Assembly (NCBI GenBank): GCA_013239625.1
Contig: MU053881.1
Span: 5,727,957 to 5,791,956, forward strand
Reading direction: 5' to 3'
Source: Lama guanicoe
Lineage: Eukaryota
DNA length: 64,000 nt
The position numbers were made by a program, and so were the translations under genes. The notes beneath the pieces were generated by a model that had not been told where the DNA came from, ran no database searches, and saw only the letters and a list, made by a program, of their open reading frames with translations. Shown here in pieces: positions 12,231-25,140 of the stretch (within the stretch, counting starts at the first letter, position 1; each line of letters starts with the position of its first letter).

Positions 12231-14152
12231 CCGGGGACTTACTTCTCATATCTTTTCCACTTTGTGTGCTCACCTCTACGTGTTTCCAGCCATTCTTTCG
12301 TCTTGCCACTCTCTCAGAATCCAGGACACTGTGATATTGCAAGGATGACTCTACCTACCAGTCCGATCCGGATGGTTGTACTGAGTCACTGTTCTCACTT
12401 TGTTCATTCCCCTGAGGAAGCCTGCTGACTTTGTTAATCCCGAGTCTTTCAAGGCAGCAGTGAAATGAAAAGTATGTGGAGGGAGAAATACTGCTTTTGT
12501 TTCCCTGTTCTTTTTTCCCCTTTTCTCATTCAGGATGATTTATTGCTGCCACCACTGCAGACCAGCTTCGGACAGTTGGACAAAACACGCTGTCTTCCTC
12601 TCTAGCTCATGGTTGACTTCAGCATGTGGAGCCCCGCCCTCCTGCCCTCCTTCCCCATTGCAGACCTTGGTGCTAGGGCTTATAAGATTTTGTTAAGGAA
12701 GCCGGTGGTCCTTCCTTATAGGCAGCCATCTGGAGCCGTTCTGTCCAAGTCAGGTTAGAAAAGCGTGAGAAGATAACACCTGGGGGAAAGCAGCTTCTTC
12801 ATAGCAGGACGTGAACAGATTTGTTGAATCCCCGTCACACGGCGAGCGCCGTGCTGGTTGCCTCAGCCCCCTCCACGGCTTTATGTGGTTTGTGTTTGCT
12901 CGTGGGCAGGACCGCTTGCTCAGAATCACATATGTGCATTGAATGAGCGACCAGATAGGGATTCCAGGGTCTCTCTTTGGTTTCGGAGCCTTTGCTCTCC
13001 CACCGCGTCGTTCTGCAGCCCTGGTGAGAGCCCCTGTGTAGCCCGAGCGCCAGGGTTCAGGGGTGGTTCTTCTGCCACTGCCTACACTGGGCATTTTCAA
13101 ATGGATTGTTTGGAAATACTGTGTGTGCCCAAACATTTTACAACGTGAAGAACATTAAAGAAAAATAGGGAAACATTGAGAGATAGGCTCTTTCCCTACA
13201 GACAATAAATAGGCTCTTGTAAACACTGATAACTTAAACAGATCTATAGAGTCTTTTTGAATAACACTATGGGACAAGTGCTGTAGTTTATATTTGGTAC
13301 CCTCATCGTGGAATTTTAGGTTTGAGAAGGAATCTTTGACTGCCGTCCATAAATGAGTTGTTATTCCTTTCAGGGCACAGCTCTCCCACTTCCCCTTCTC
13401 ATTAAGTTTCCATTTAGCTATTAGGTAGGAGCTTCAAAAGGGAAAATCCAATCATGTATAATCTCCAGTTAATGGGCATCTATTGAGCGACTAGGTCACC
13501 AGAAAGAATAATTACACAGTGCCTCTTTGTGCAGTAAACACAAAAATCAAAAGCTAATGCATTCCCAAGGCAAGCCAGATTGTTACTGACTAACAGCATC
13601 CTCCTCTTAAGGGAAAAGGTTGGGGCACCCACCATGCTTGCTAGGGGAGATTGCAAAGCCATTCCAGAAAAACAAGGCTATCAAGGGAGGAAAGAGAGAG
13701 GCAGGGGGGCTTCCAGGGCTTTGTCACTTCTAATTATTGGTGGCTGGGGTGGATTACTGAACAGCAGACATTCTAGTAAATGTGTTGTGCAATCATCAGG
13801 AACTTAGCAGGTCTCTGGGGCTTCTTTCCACAAGTTAAAAGACAGTTAAATAACAGTGGTGATTGAGGTAGAGCCTCAGCTCCACTCTCATAATTTAGCC
13901 CGTTTTCTAAGTATACCCAGACTTCATAAATAAAGACTTTATGCTTACTTTTGTCCAACCACTAACTATTAATTTATGAAAGATGAACACAGTCCTGTTG
14001 ACCCAAAATGGCATGTCATTCGCCACAGGCCAAATAGCTCTTGGGTTTGATTGGTTCACTCTAGTTTGGGTTTTCAAAATTGTATTTGGGTGTAGTTATT
14101 TAGAATTTGCAAAACTTGGCATAATTCAAATAACCTGTTTTTCCCCCCTTAG

Positions 14153-14215
14153 AACACTTCAGTTATGGAGGATCAAAATGAAGATGAGTCCCCAAAGAAA
14201 AGTACTCTTTGGCAG
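14153..14215 (+). CDS. FBXW11: FBXW11 coding exon (63 nt, phase 0-0, cassette-type): NTSVMEDQNEDESPKKSTLWQ
   Basis: Acceptor ttttcccccttag|AAC and donor CAG|gtagga. The peptide matches the N-terminal alternative segment of beta-TrCP2 isoforms. Confidence 0.93.
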
Positions 14216-15880
14216 GTAGGAATGACGCGCACAGATAAGACAGCAACTGACTGCTGCAGATAACACGCTCCCTCAGCTCGTGTCCTCAGTGAAACCAAGA
14301 GCCAGGGCGTTTTTGTTTTCTTTTGTGCAATTTTGCTCGTTTCAGAATCCACCCTAATTTATCTTCTGCTCTTTAGGGAAGTGTCATTATGAATAATAAA
14401 GAATTTTGGAGTTTTAAAGATTCTGAAGTGGCTGTGGCCCAAAATATTTGGTCTGTGGGGCCCACTGTCTTAGCCAAAGTTGGACAGTGGTGGTGTCCTT
14501 TGTCACCAGGATGGCACCATGCCTCACACTAGTGTATGCACTGACTTTTTGTCCCCATCCTCACCCTTCTCCCCCACTCCCTATTGGTTTGCCTTTTCCT
14601 TATAAGTCCAGTTTCCTTCTCTCCTGGCTCTGTTTTAGTTTGCTAGTTTTCCTCTCAATCCTCCAGTTTTTTTTTTTGCAAGGTGAGGGGTGGAGAGCAT
14701 ATAAAGTCTCACGATTTCGTGTTTTCATCAACCATTATGGTACACATAATTTTTGCCTTCGTGAAGACACAATTAAAGGCAAAACAAATCTAAATCTGAA
14801 GAGAATAATATTTAAAAAATATTCTTTGGGTTCATTTGCTTTGAAGCAAAGGAGTAGATTAGTTAGCAAGAACACAGTGTCCCCAACAAATTTAAGATGA
14901 AATGAAATGAAACAAAGCAGAACCATGCCAGGAAGATCTTTCTGGGCCAGGCAGGTGGTTAGAAATAGAAATGGAAAATGTGCTGTAGAACTGGGTGCAT
15001 GCCGTTATTTTGGGGGGAACTCTGTGCAGACTGACTCCGTCCCCTCCTTCATGTTTGGTATTTTGCAGCAGGATTCTCTTCATTTACTGTTGATTTTTCA
15101 GTTCACAGTTGTTCTTAACACTTGAGCTTTCAGGTGTGTTTTTTTGGTCTTGTTTTGTTTGTTTTCAATCTGTGTCTCAGGCGGCTGAGTTAATGGTGAT
15201 ACACCAGTGCTCTAGGGAGGCTGGATGGTTACGAACCCTTCTCTAAATGACGTAATAAAACCCTTTTGCTTAGCAAATGAAATACTGTGTGTGGACATAT
15301 TCTGTAAATTATAAAGCAGTACACAAATGCAAGTTGTTACCATCATTGTTTTTAACCTATTATGAAAGCAATTATTTTGGCAAGTTATTATGAAAAAATA
15401 TAGAAAGAAAAGGGGAAGGAAAACATATGTAGCTTTCTTTCTGAGGATTGCGCACTTTTCATATTTTCATATTTATATCCTTTACTCTGTCTTGGCGTGT
15501 TCCCCTTCCCACAAATTATTATGATCCTAAGCTGTATAAAATTCTTTTGTTATTTAGTATTATCTCATAAACATGTTCTCTTGTTATTAAAATCTTACTT
15601 TATAAACCTAGTTTTAATGGCTATGTTACAGTATTTTGTGTAGCTGTATATATGTAATTTGCTTTAACTAGTTGCCTATAAAATTGGGCAGTTATTTCTA
15701 AATTTTCTTTATTATAATATGGTGAACATCCTTATGTTTGAAAGTAGCAAAGATACTCCTTAGGCCAGCTTGGTACTCAGCAAAGAATTTTCACTTCATC
15801 TGACTGTTTTGAATGCTGATGTTTTGGGTTTATCTTATTAGAAGCAACATCCAAAAAAAGAAAAAAAAATCTCTGTTCAA

Positions 15881-15899
15881 TGCTGCCCCCTGGTGGTAC
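15881..15899 (-). promoter_or_regulatory. Candidate CTCF site
   Basis: Reverse complement contains CCACCAGGGGGCAGCA, matching the CCASYAGRKGGCRS core. Motif only. Confidence 0.65.
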
Positions 15900-16744
15900 C
15901 CACTGTCAGTGAGCTCTCTTTCACGCACATTATAAGGCAAAAAACTTTCCAAGAGAGTGGTGAGAATGTGGTGGAAGATAAATGCCTTCTGACTTTATAT
16001 TTCTAAATATGGATGTAAGAACTCATTTCAGACATGAAAAATTTATAAGATTTTATCAAGGAAGGCCAAAGACTCCTTTGGATATTTACAGAGGATGTCT
16101 TCTTTCTGGGGTGGGTTCAGTCTGCTTTAAGTTAGGGGATGTACTGATGACAAAAGCTCTTGGTTCTTCCCATGTAAGACTTCTGAGATAAGCTCCTAAT
16201 GGAATTAATGGACGTTTGTGATGTACCTCTTCAGTTTCCAAAATTCTCTTCTATGTTACTTCTTCTAGTGGTGCACTAGAAGAAGGGGCTGTCAGAGGAG
16301 TGATGGAGAGATGGCTGGGCAAAAGTTTGATGAAAGTATTGAGGTTATTTTGTTTTTAAACAGGGAAGTTACTGAGCCTCCTGATATCAGTAGCATTTGT
16401 GGCTTTAGTCTAAGGATGCAGATTTTTTTAATACTGTTGTCCAGTTGCTGTGTATGTAGTTTCAATTAAAAAAATACATACTGGTTTTATGCAAGGACCA
16501 TGTAGTTTTGATGAGAAATGCAACCATTCGTATAGGAGTCCTCGGGGTATCTATAAACCAGCTATGTAAGATGAGGAACTTTTCAAGCATATGTGGTTTA
16601 CCTTGGGTCACCTTCTGAAAAGGTGATCAAAAGAAGGGAGTGAAAAACTAAACTAGCTCTGAAAATAATACAGAGGAGATTGAAACATAGATAAAATGAA
16701 GCTTTTTAGATTGAATTGCTTTCAGGTTTCTTTGTTACATAGAC

Positions 16745-16927
16745 CAGTGGTTTTCAGAGTGAGGTCCCTAAAATGCCATCTCCAAACCGGCGGCAGCAGT
16801 GTCACCTGGGAACTTGTTAGAAATGCTCCAGACCAGTAGAATCAGAACCCCTATGGTGGGCCCCCAGCAGTCTGTGTGGAACAAGTCCTCTCGCTGTTCT
16901 GATGCATGCAAAAGTGTGAGAACTATT
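16745..16927. mobile_element. MER5A-like hAT-Charlie relic
   Basis: cagtggttttcagagtgaggtccc...gtcacctgggaacttgttagaaatgc...ttctgatgcatgcaaaagtgtgagaact. Confidence 0.85.
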
Positions 16928-17348
16928 TGCATAGATGAATATAGCTTTAACTTTCAGCTTTGAGGAAGGAAGACAAACTACTAATAGTCAATCAGTTGCC
17001 ACTGTGCCAAGTTGAACAGGTTTTCTAAGATGGTCATCTCCAACATGAGTTAGTCTAATTAACAGCATGGTTTAGAAATAAGCCTTGGAGAATGATGACT
17101 TAAGACATCATTTAGCTTTAGAAAAACCTCTTATTTTGATATTTACTTTTAGTGACTAATTTGAGTACATGGCCCCTGAATGCATTTTAATTAACTTCCT
17201 GAATGAATGAATAAAGGAATAAGTTTGGCTTTAGGCTGAAACTGGCATTTTAAGGTTAAATACACAGGGTGAAAAATGTTTCTGATGAAATACTAATTAT
17301 ATTTCTTTTCCTTGTCAAACTAATTACTTTTTTGTTTTTCTGAAATAG

Positions 17349-17574
17349 ATCAGTAATGGAACGTCATCCGTGATCGTCTCCAGAAAGAGGCCATCAGAAG
17401 GGAACTATCAAAAAGAAAAAGACTTGTGTATTAAATATTTTGACCAGTGGTCTGAATCAGATCAAGTGGAGTTTGTGGAACACCTCATTTCACGAATGTG
17501 TCATTACCAGCATGGACATATTAACTCTTACCTGAAGCCCATGTTGCAGCGGGACTTCATTACTGCTTTACCAG
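17349..17574 (+). CDS. FBXW11: FBXW11 coding exon (226 nt): [18 protein letters not shown]...RDFITALP; D (dimerisation) domain and F-box start
   Basis: Acceptor aaatag|ATC and donor CCAG|gtaacc. Overlaps ORF 17370..17660; ends in phase 1. Confidence 0.97.
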
Positions 17575-18144
17575 GTAACCATGCTTGTCTTTTTAAAAAG
17601 CTGAGAACTGGAAGAGTGCCCATCCCAAGGGCCTGGGCGGAGCCAAGCAGATGTTTGTGACATGAATATGAATGAATACAGTGTGAGACAGCATTTCTTT
17701 GGGACACATACTGTATTTTAATATATGTTCCTTGAAGAGGAGTTACAGTCAGCATCTGTCTGGGAAATGCAGGCAGTTTCTGTGATTAATAGTGTTGACC
17801 ATTGGTCAGTACTGTTGCTTCAGTAATGAATTAATAACTATCGTCTCTGTACAATCTGCATTTTGCCTTTATAAGTAAATTTTTTTTAATGGGACAGTTT
17901 TTTCTACAGTGTTTGAGAAGTATCCCCAAATTTAGGATGTTCATTTGTATCTGAAGTGACACTTAAGGAATGGCACAGAAGTACTGAGGAAGTTGATACC
18001 TTGTCTTAATACATTTCTTAAAACTTACTTCTGTATTCTCTTCGTCACTACCCCACCCCTGCATGAGCTTCCTCTTTCTTGCTCTCACTCTCCCTGCCTG
18101 CCCCACCCCACCTCCAGTTAAATTTACTTTTTTTTTTTAAAAAA

Positions 18145-18442
18145 GAAATAGGCTATTTTTACAACAGTTTTAAGTTCAACAGCAAAGCTGAGCTGAAAGT
18201 ACGGAGTTCCCATACCCTCCCCTCCCTCCACCCCTATGACTCCCAGCACAGCTGCCTCACTGTCAACATCTACACCAGAGTGGTGTGTTTGTTATGGTAC
18301 GTGAACCTATGTCGACACGTCACCACGCAAAGCACGTACTTTAAGGTTGACTCTTGGTGCTGTGCGTTCTACCTTTATAGCGTCATACAGGATAGTTTCA
18401 AAGCTCCAGAAATCTCTGTGCTCTGCCTGTTTACCCTCCTTT
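18145..18442 (-). mobile_element. Old L1 (L1MC/MD-like) 3'UTR fragment
   Basis: agttttaagttcaacagcaaagctgagctgaaagtacggagttcccatacc...caccagagtggtgtgtttgtta. Confidence 0.75.
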
Positions 18443-19670
18443 GACTTTTGATCACTCGTTCTTTTCTGTCTTCTTCTCTTTTTTTTGTAATTTTTACTTT
18501 AAATTTGGCTAGGTAAGATAGAGAGATTTCATTCTTGAAGAGGATGTGAGAATACTGGCCAGAACACTTTCCCCTAACGTGGTCAGGATAGCCTGGAGCT
18601 CACAGCTGCTGAGCCACGGTGGGCCTTGAAGTAGCCAGGGGTAAAACCACAGCCCTGCCACCAGCCCTGCCCCTCGTCAGAGCTTCTGGATGGCTCCTTA
18701 CAGAGCAGCCTCTCCCTTAGCTGTGATCTACAGCGAGTGCGTCAGTACCCCATACTCGAAGTCTCTCCACAGCCAGCAGGACTTGGGCTCATGTTGCAGG
18801 CCTGAAAACCTGGGGCTGCAGATTGACAGGCCAGCCTCTGATTCCTAATCCTTCTTCTAAACTTGTAAGCTTACTTTCTACAGCAGGAGTGCTTTAAGAA
18901 TATTTGTGTTAGCTTAGAAAATTTCGACTCTACTGTTCTTTTCATGCTGAAAGGTAGCATTATTTTCCCCATTTCTTGAATTAGCACTTCGACAAAAGCA
19001 GAATATGAGTCTTCTTTTTCTAGAATTGTATTTAATTGCTGAAAGAGAGACTTAGCCATCACTTACTGCTCTTTCTCATTGTGTAGATGATGAAGCCAAA
19101 GATCAGAGAAACTGAGTGAAACACCTGTGATAATACTTTTTGGTTATTGTGGTGATTGTGCAGGTGATGGTGGGGGTTGGTTCAAAAGGTAGTGCGAAAG
19201 CTGAAATCACTTCCAGTTAAGATAACTCTGGACAACTCCTTAAATTGGCTACAAGTGTCAAAATACATGGTTTACAGTCCAATTCAGTAGCAATTACTTT
19301 TACCTAGAGAGAGTGGGAGAGAAGGAAAGAGATATGCTCCTAATTGTGTGAGAGAGAATCATAGGTGAACTGAAGTAAGATGTGTGCACGTGTGATGCAG
19401 CCCCTCTGTGTGTGCAGTGCCAGAACTCAGAGCCCCCGGCCTTTCCTGACTCAGGCCACATCTCACACCAAGAAAAGGCAGAGTAGTTTTTCAAGTTGAC
19501 GGTTATACTTGTTTCTCATATGTGCTTTTAAATAAATGATGCTATGCCTCCATTTTTTCAGGCAAATCTGTTTGTTTGTTTTCTATTGTGTTTGGTTTAT
19601 TTTGTTTTTCCCTGTAATTTGCCTCTCAAACGTTTTCAAGTACCAGGGAACTGAACTTACATTTACAGAA

Positions 19671-19689
19671 CGCCCACCAGGTGGCACTG
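19671..19689 (+). promoter_or_regulatory. Candidate CTCF site
   Basis: CGCCCACCAGGTGGCACTG matches the core consensus. Motif only. Confidence 0.65.
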
Positions 19690-20809
19690 TTGAAGTTCTC
19701 TTGATTTGCAGAACATAGCTCAGAGGCAACCCCTTCTCTTGGGGAGCGTACAGTCTTGGAGAAGAGACAGAACAGATGAACATGTGTTATGTATATAAAT
19801 ATGGTTAGTATAATTGCATACAATTCAGTTTTCATTACAGCGAATTTTAAGGCATTGTCCATATCTCTGTTAAAGTGGAATTTTGTGGTATTGAATATTA
19901 CAAGAAATGTATGGACCATTGGCTGGGACATGGAAATATTTTTGTTAAAATGCTATTTGTTGTAACAGGATTTGATCTGAACATATATACATATGTCAGT
20001 ATGTATCATACATATGAATCTAATAGCTGGGGACAAGCTGGCCAAGTTGGTTGTGTTAATGTCTAGTAGACTTGGATTAAACCTGGCGTTGGTTCCTCAG
20101 CACAGACCCTGCTGTAAGAACATTAGGGGAGAAACAGGTCCACGTGTTTGTTCATACTTAGATTTAATGATGTGTGGAGCAGCCTGCTAATCATTATTCT
20201 GCTTTGGTGCTTAACTTTTACTGTGGATGATCCTGAGTTTGAATTTTTACTTTATTGAAATTGGTAGTCAACTTAAGGCTTTTTTTTTCAATTGTGAAAG
20301 CCATTAATTCTATAAAAGATGGTCTATAGTTTTGACTTCTTAATGCATACTGTGAATATCATACCTGTCAGTCTAGGGAAAATGGAAAATGTTTGTGGTC
20401 TCTGGCTCCTTTTGGTTCAGTGGAAAAAGTGATAATTATGATATGCTTTTCTAAAAATCATGGTAAATGTTTAGTCTGCAATGTCAATTTCTGCAGGCTG
20501 AGTTTGTGGTTTGCAAGAACTGTTGTTAAAGGGAATCTTTATGCCATTTGAAGTAGAGGCAAAGTGTACTTCAAAACGGATGATAAGCATTGGTGATCCG
20601 TTTGGTGAGGTGTCTAAACAATTAAGAATTTTAAAAACACTTAGCTTCCTGGCCATGATTTATTCATTTGCCTCATCCCCAAGTAAGAATGAAAAACCAT
20701 GACGAACTGTAAATGTGACGGAGACTAGATCAGAGGTCTTGGGAGATGTGGAAGAAACAGAACGTAGGCTTTAGGCTGGATGCAGGGCCAAAGACCCCGC
20801 GTGACAGCT

Positions 20810-21000
20810 GGAAGAGCATGGGTGTTGGATTTGACGGCCCCTCAATTTGAATTGCAGCCCCTGCACTTGATAGTTATGTGAGCCCACTTTCTGGAGCCTC
20901 AGTTTCCTTATCTGTGTGGGAATAACAATATTCTTTATGGGATATTGTGAACATTAGGGACAGTTTATGTAATAAGCCTGGCATCTGGGTACTCTGAGGA
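20810..21000 (+). mobile_element. MIR SINE
   Basis: ctggagcctcagtttccttatctgt MIR core. Confidence 0.7.
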
Positions 21001-22649
21001 TGAGAGTTGGGGGGGGGAAGCCCAGAGAGTCAGGAAACACCTGCTTCTCTAGGAGTAGTACGATTTATTGCCAGGAAGTTTTAATTATTCACCCACTGAT
21101 TTCCGAATTGATTCATCCTGACATCATTTAGGTAGGGGGGTGTGTGTGTGCCACTTTGTTGGCATAACAAAATGTTGGACTTTGTGACCTGAGCTTTATT
21201 TCACTTCATTTCTGTCCGAATCCTTAGGTCAGTATATTCCGGGTTAAAGGCATCCATTGCATTGACAGACTGTTGTTGTCAGAAATTACATTGTTTTTCT
21301 TTCAAGAGTTCTAACTTCAGATTTTACAACTAGATCTGTGAGTAGGGAGGGGGGAGGATCAGCAGGGGTGGGGGGCAGGAAATTTCTTTGCAGCTGCTCT
21401 TTGAAATGTGTTTCTAAAATAATAAAAGTTTCTGTAATTGTATGATCTAAGCAGCTGTCTTAAAGCTGGCTGTAGTCAAGGGCATTGAACTGACATTACA
21501 CATTTGAGTTTCATTTTGGTACAGTGTTATTTACATATTGAGCTTTGAAATTTTTTGCCTTTTAATTGTTTTAATTTATTATTGAAAAATTTCCAGACCT
21601 TCATCTGGTGCCTGTAATTAGCAGCAGCAGCACTTCTTCATGCCTGTGTGTGCAGTGTTCTGGCCTCAATTTCTGAGGCCATAATGTGTCCTCTTGCTGC
21701 CTTGGGGAGGGGGGTGGCGGTAGGAGATGGGGGAGTCTCAGCACGATAGAGTAAATGAGAGCCAGACATTGGTACTTAAGAAAATGCTTTGTTTTTAACA
21801 CCTCAGAGCACTTTTTAGCCCAGGCAAATGGACCACCGTATTCAGTCACCTCTTTGTCCTGAATAGGCTTGAAACCAGAAAGTTACAAGGTCTGCACGGC
21901 TTCTGGGAGCAGCTATTCTAAGGTACCTAATAGAGTTTGGGTGATTCCTGCTCTTCTTTAAATATTAAAGGAGTATGAGACTTACTCGTGCTGTACCAGC
22001 AGTAGAGAGGGCTTAGCGATTTGCTAGAGGAGGGCATAATATTTTCTCTGCAGAAAATAACAAACAAGAGCAATGAACACTGTAGCTTCCTTGACCAAGG
22101 ATATCAGCTGAGGCTGTTTCTGGAAGAGGGAAGAAGAGAGACTGACGTTGCTGTGTACCTATTCCGTATCTGGCTCCTTAGTAACCTCCTCTTAGTAACC
22201 TTCCCAACAAAGTTAGGAAGTTCCTTCTCTATAACATGAGGCTGTGGAGAGGACCTGTCTTAGAGGGTTGTTGTGTAGGTTATATGAGATAATCCATTTC
22301 AGGCATTTAATTCATTCCTATTTTATGGAAGACTGAGCTCCAAAAAGGAAAACTGATTTGCTTCAACCCACATTACATTACTCTGTAGCCAGTGCATTTT
22401 CTGAGAGACTAAAACATGCTGCCTCCTAGAAGGATGAAATGAATTTAAAGTGTTAACAAAAGGAAATGAATCAAATCTTGTAGCTTTCACTGAGCTGTTC
22501 CTCAATTGGACCAATGGCCCTTGAAAGAGGTATGTGTTAGTAATGAGTTTCCTTATGCAGAAACTCATTGATAGCCAGCCCAATGGTGTGAGCTAGCGAG
22601 GTGGGGGGAAATCAGTGAGGACTGAAAGGGGTATTACTGCTATAAAGCA

Positions 22650-22840
22650 GGAGTTCCCGGCATGTCAGAGTTATCTGCTGATGCGTCTTAAAAATACAGA
22701 TTCCTGGGCCCCACCATTTAAAGATTCCGATTCCGTAGATCAGGAGAATATCCAGGAATCTGCTTTTGCTGCTGTTGTTTTTAAAATCAGTAGGCCTAAG
22801 TGATTCAAATATAACCACCCCGGCTTCGGAGAACTAGCTC
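22650..22840. mobile_element. MER5-family hAT relic
   Basis: ttaaaaatacagattcctgggccccacc...agattccgattccgtag...ccaggaatctgc. Confidence 0.8.
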
Positions 22841-24169
22841 ATAGACCACCCAGCCAGGTGGAAAATTTGCATGCTGCTTTCCCAGTTCATATACAGACCA
22901 TGGGGATGTGGCAGCCATTGAGGCCTGAAAAAACAACTCTATAATGCGTTCTTGCCTTGCTGTTTGTTTCCTCTCTCAGAGAGCAGAGGATTCAAGAGGG
23001 GAATTGTTAGGGGTACATTTATAACCAATTAGGATTTGGTTAGTGATTGGAGGGAAACTTTGGAAACTGACCATGTTCTAATGTTAAGTGTAGAAATTAG
23101 ATGATAAATAAGTACCCCAGAATTTGGAAAATTCAGAGAAGAGCTAAGTTTATTCGATCATGGCTAGAGATTGTAAAAGAAAATACAATCAAAGAGGGTA
23201 GAGAGATTCTGAAATTTGAAATTCTGATCAATAATACGTCAGTCCCAGCAGTGGAGAGGCGCAAGTAGAACACCATGTGATTATCCATAGATTTCCTTGA
23301 TTTTAAATACACTTGGGCAGAAAAATGGAAGAAAGGGGCATGAAGATATATGAAAAGGTAGCCTGAAGCCTTGAGAATGGTATCAAGAAGGCTAAGCCTC
23401 AAGTAATATGCAGTTGTCCAAAGTGGTTACGTAATTAGGGACAGCTGAAAACAAATAAAATAATCAACTGTTCGGAGCAAGAGTATGAAGAATGAAGGGC
23501 TAGTGTACTTGGGATGGGTGGCGTAGTGATAATAGAAGGAAGCAGTGTGTTTTCACTCATTTAACTTATCCTTTTTTCTTTTCCCACTAAGAATGATGGT
23601 TTTAAAACTAGAGAGTACAGAAAAGTTGTAATCCAAGAAAGATACAGAGATCCTTAGGAAACATATAGCTCCTGTGAACAAGTAGACTTAAGGACATTGT
23701 GTGCCAGGAAAGTGACAGAACCTACAGCTGTGACTTTCAGAATTGTGCAACATTGAGAAGTGATCGAAAGCCAGTAGGCAGAGCTCCTGGGTACAGTTGT
23801 GCCCAGACAGTTTGTACGGCTGTGTTTGGTAGTCCTGCGTGATAGTACCCAGCGATGATTGATGAGCAGATTTTGTGGTTTGAGATCTGGAGAAGGTGCA
23901 TGTGGGAGATATTGGCTGTTAAATTTGATGTTCCATTCTAGTCTAATTTTCAAGTGGATTTTCAAAAGGTAATTAACTTCAAAAGAAGACTAGGTAGAGA
24001 TGTATAAGCTTAGAAGGACGTCGTATACAGAAAGTTAAAAGCCATTATCTCTGAGAGGTGGGATTTAGGAATTTAAAAACATTTTTCTATGCATTTTATA
24101 GCTTTTTTTTTTAAATGATGAATATGGTTCTATATGTGAAGGAGGTACACAAAGCAGTTAGTGTCAACT

Positions 24170-24950
24170 TGTAAACAAAAAATTGCAATGCCGACTTTAT
24201 GCAGTAAGCACCAGCAAGGGAACACAAACAGTAAACATGCCAGATTCACCTGATTTTCTTTTTGGATGAAGTTATGAAACTAGCAGCTCAGAAACATGGT
24301 GCAAAGATAGTAGTGTCTTCATGGGCAGAGTTTCTTCAAATGCCCTTGAGGACGGAGTAGAGAGATGTGGGCTGGGTCATAGCATAAAATTCAGTTGGTT
24401 ACAGAACTGGTGGCTCAGTGTTGGTGCTTAGTGAGTATTTAATGAGTGGATGAATGATAGCCTAGAGGGAAATAGAGAATCACGGGTGCTGTCCTTGGTT
24501 CTGACCCATTTTTCATGTTTGCCAACAACTTGGGATAAAGACTTACTGCATTTGCCCATCATGCAGATCTCGTGTGGAATAGCCACACCTCTGGATGATA
24601 GAATCAGAAATGGAAGGGTCAGGTAAAACTTTGAAGATGAACTGTAGTCAGGATAATACAAACTTTGGCATGAAGCTGCCTCCCACTTCTAAACTAGCCG
24701 TACACATACAGAATTAGAGGGAATTGTTTTAATAGATGTTTGAAGGGAGGGGCCTACGTTCAGCTCCCCACCGTCTTAGGGGTCTGCCATGACACGACCG
24801 CAGATGAAGGCATGTGAGCATTGCTGCATTAAAGCTAATATAGTGGAGTCTGCAAGGAAAGATAGTGGTTTCAGTGTAGTTAGTCTTCTTTATCAGATCA
24901 GGGTATTAGATCTAGTCCAGAGCAGGAGAATTAGTATATGAAGGGCCTGT
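24170..24950 (+). mobile_element. Highly decayed CR1/L3 LINE (RT region); may extend back to about 23000
   Basis: ctgtccttggttctgacccatttttcatgtttgccaacaacttgg...ggaatagccacacctctggatgatagaatcag resembles the decayed CR1/L3 RT segment. Confidence 0.55.
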
Positions 24951-25009
24951 AAACCATCATCAGCCTTGTATATCGCCATTCTTAGAGTTGGGCAAAAACT
25001 TTGTCTCTA

Positions 25010-25140
25010 AAGCATTTTTGATGCGTCATCTCATTTTGGTATTTTCAAAATAAGGCAGAGATTATTATCCCCATTTTATACAGATGAGGAAACTGAGACT
25101 CTGAAAGTCCAGTGATTTCTCTGTACCCTGCCAAGTTAGT
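25010..25140 (-). mobile_element. MIR SINE
   Basis: attattatccccattttatacagatgaggaaactgagactc. Confidence 0.85.

Noticed and set aside
21040..21560. Possible conserved enhancer (repeat-free stretch with TGACA motifs and G-runs)
   Set aside because: Only short common motifs; cannot be supported without a conservation or chromatin track.
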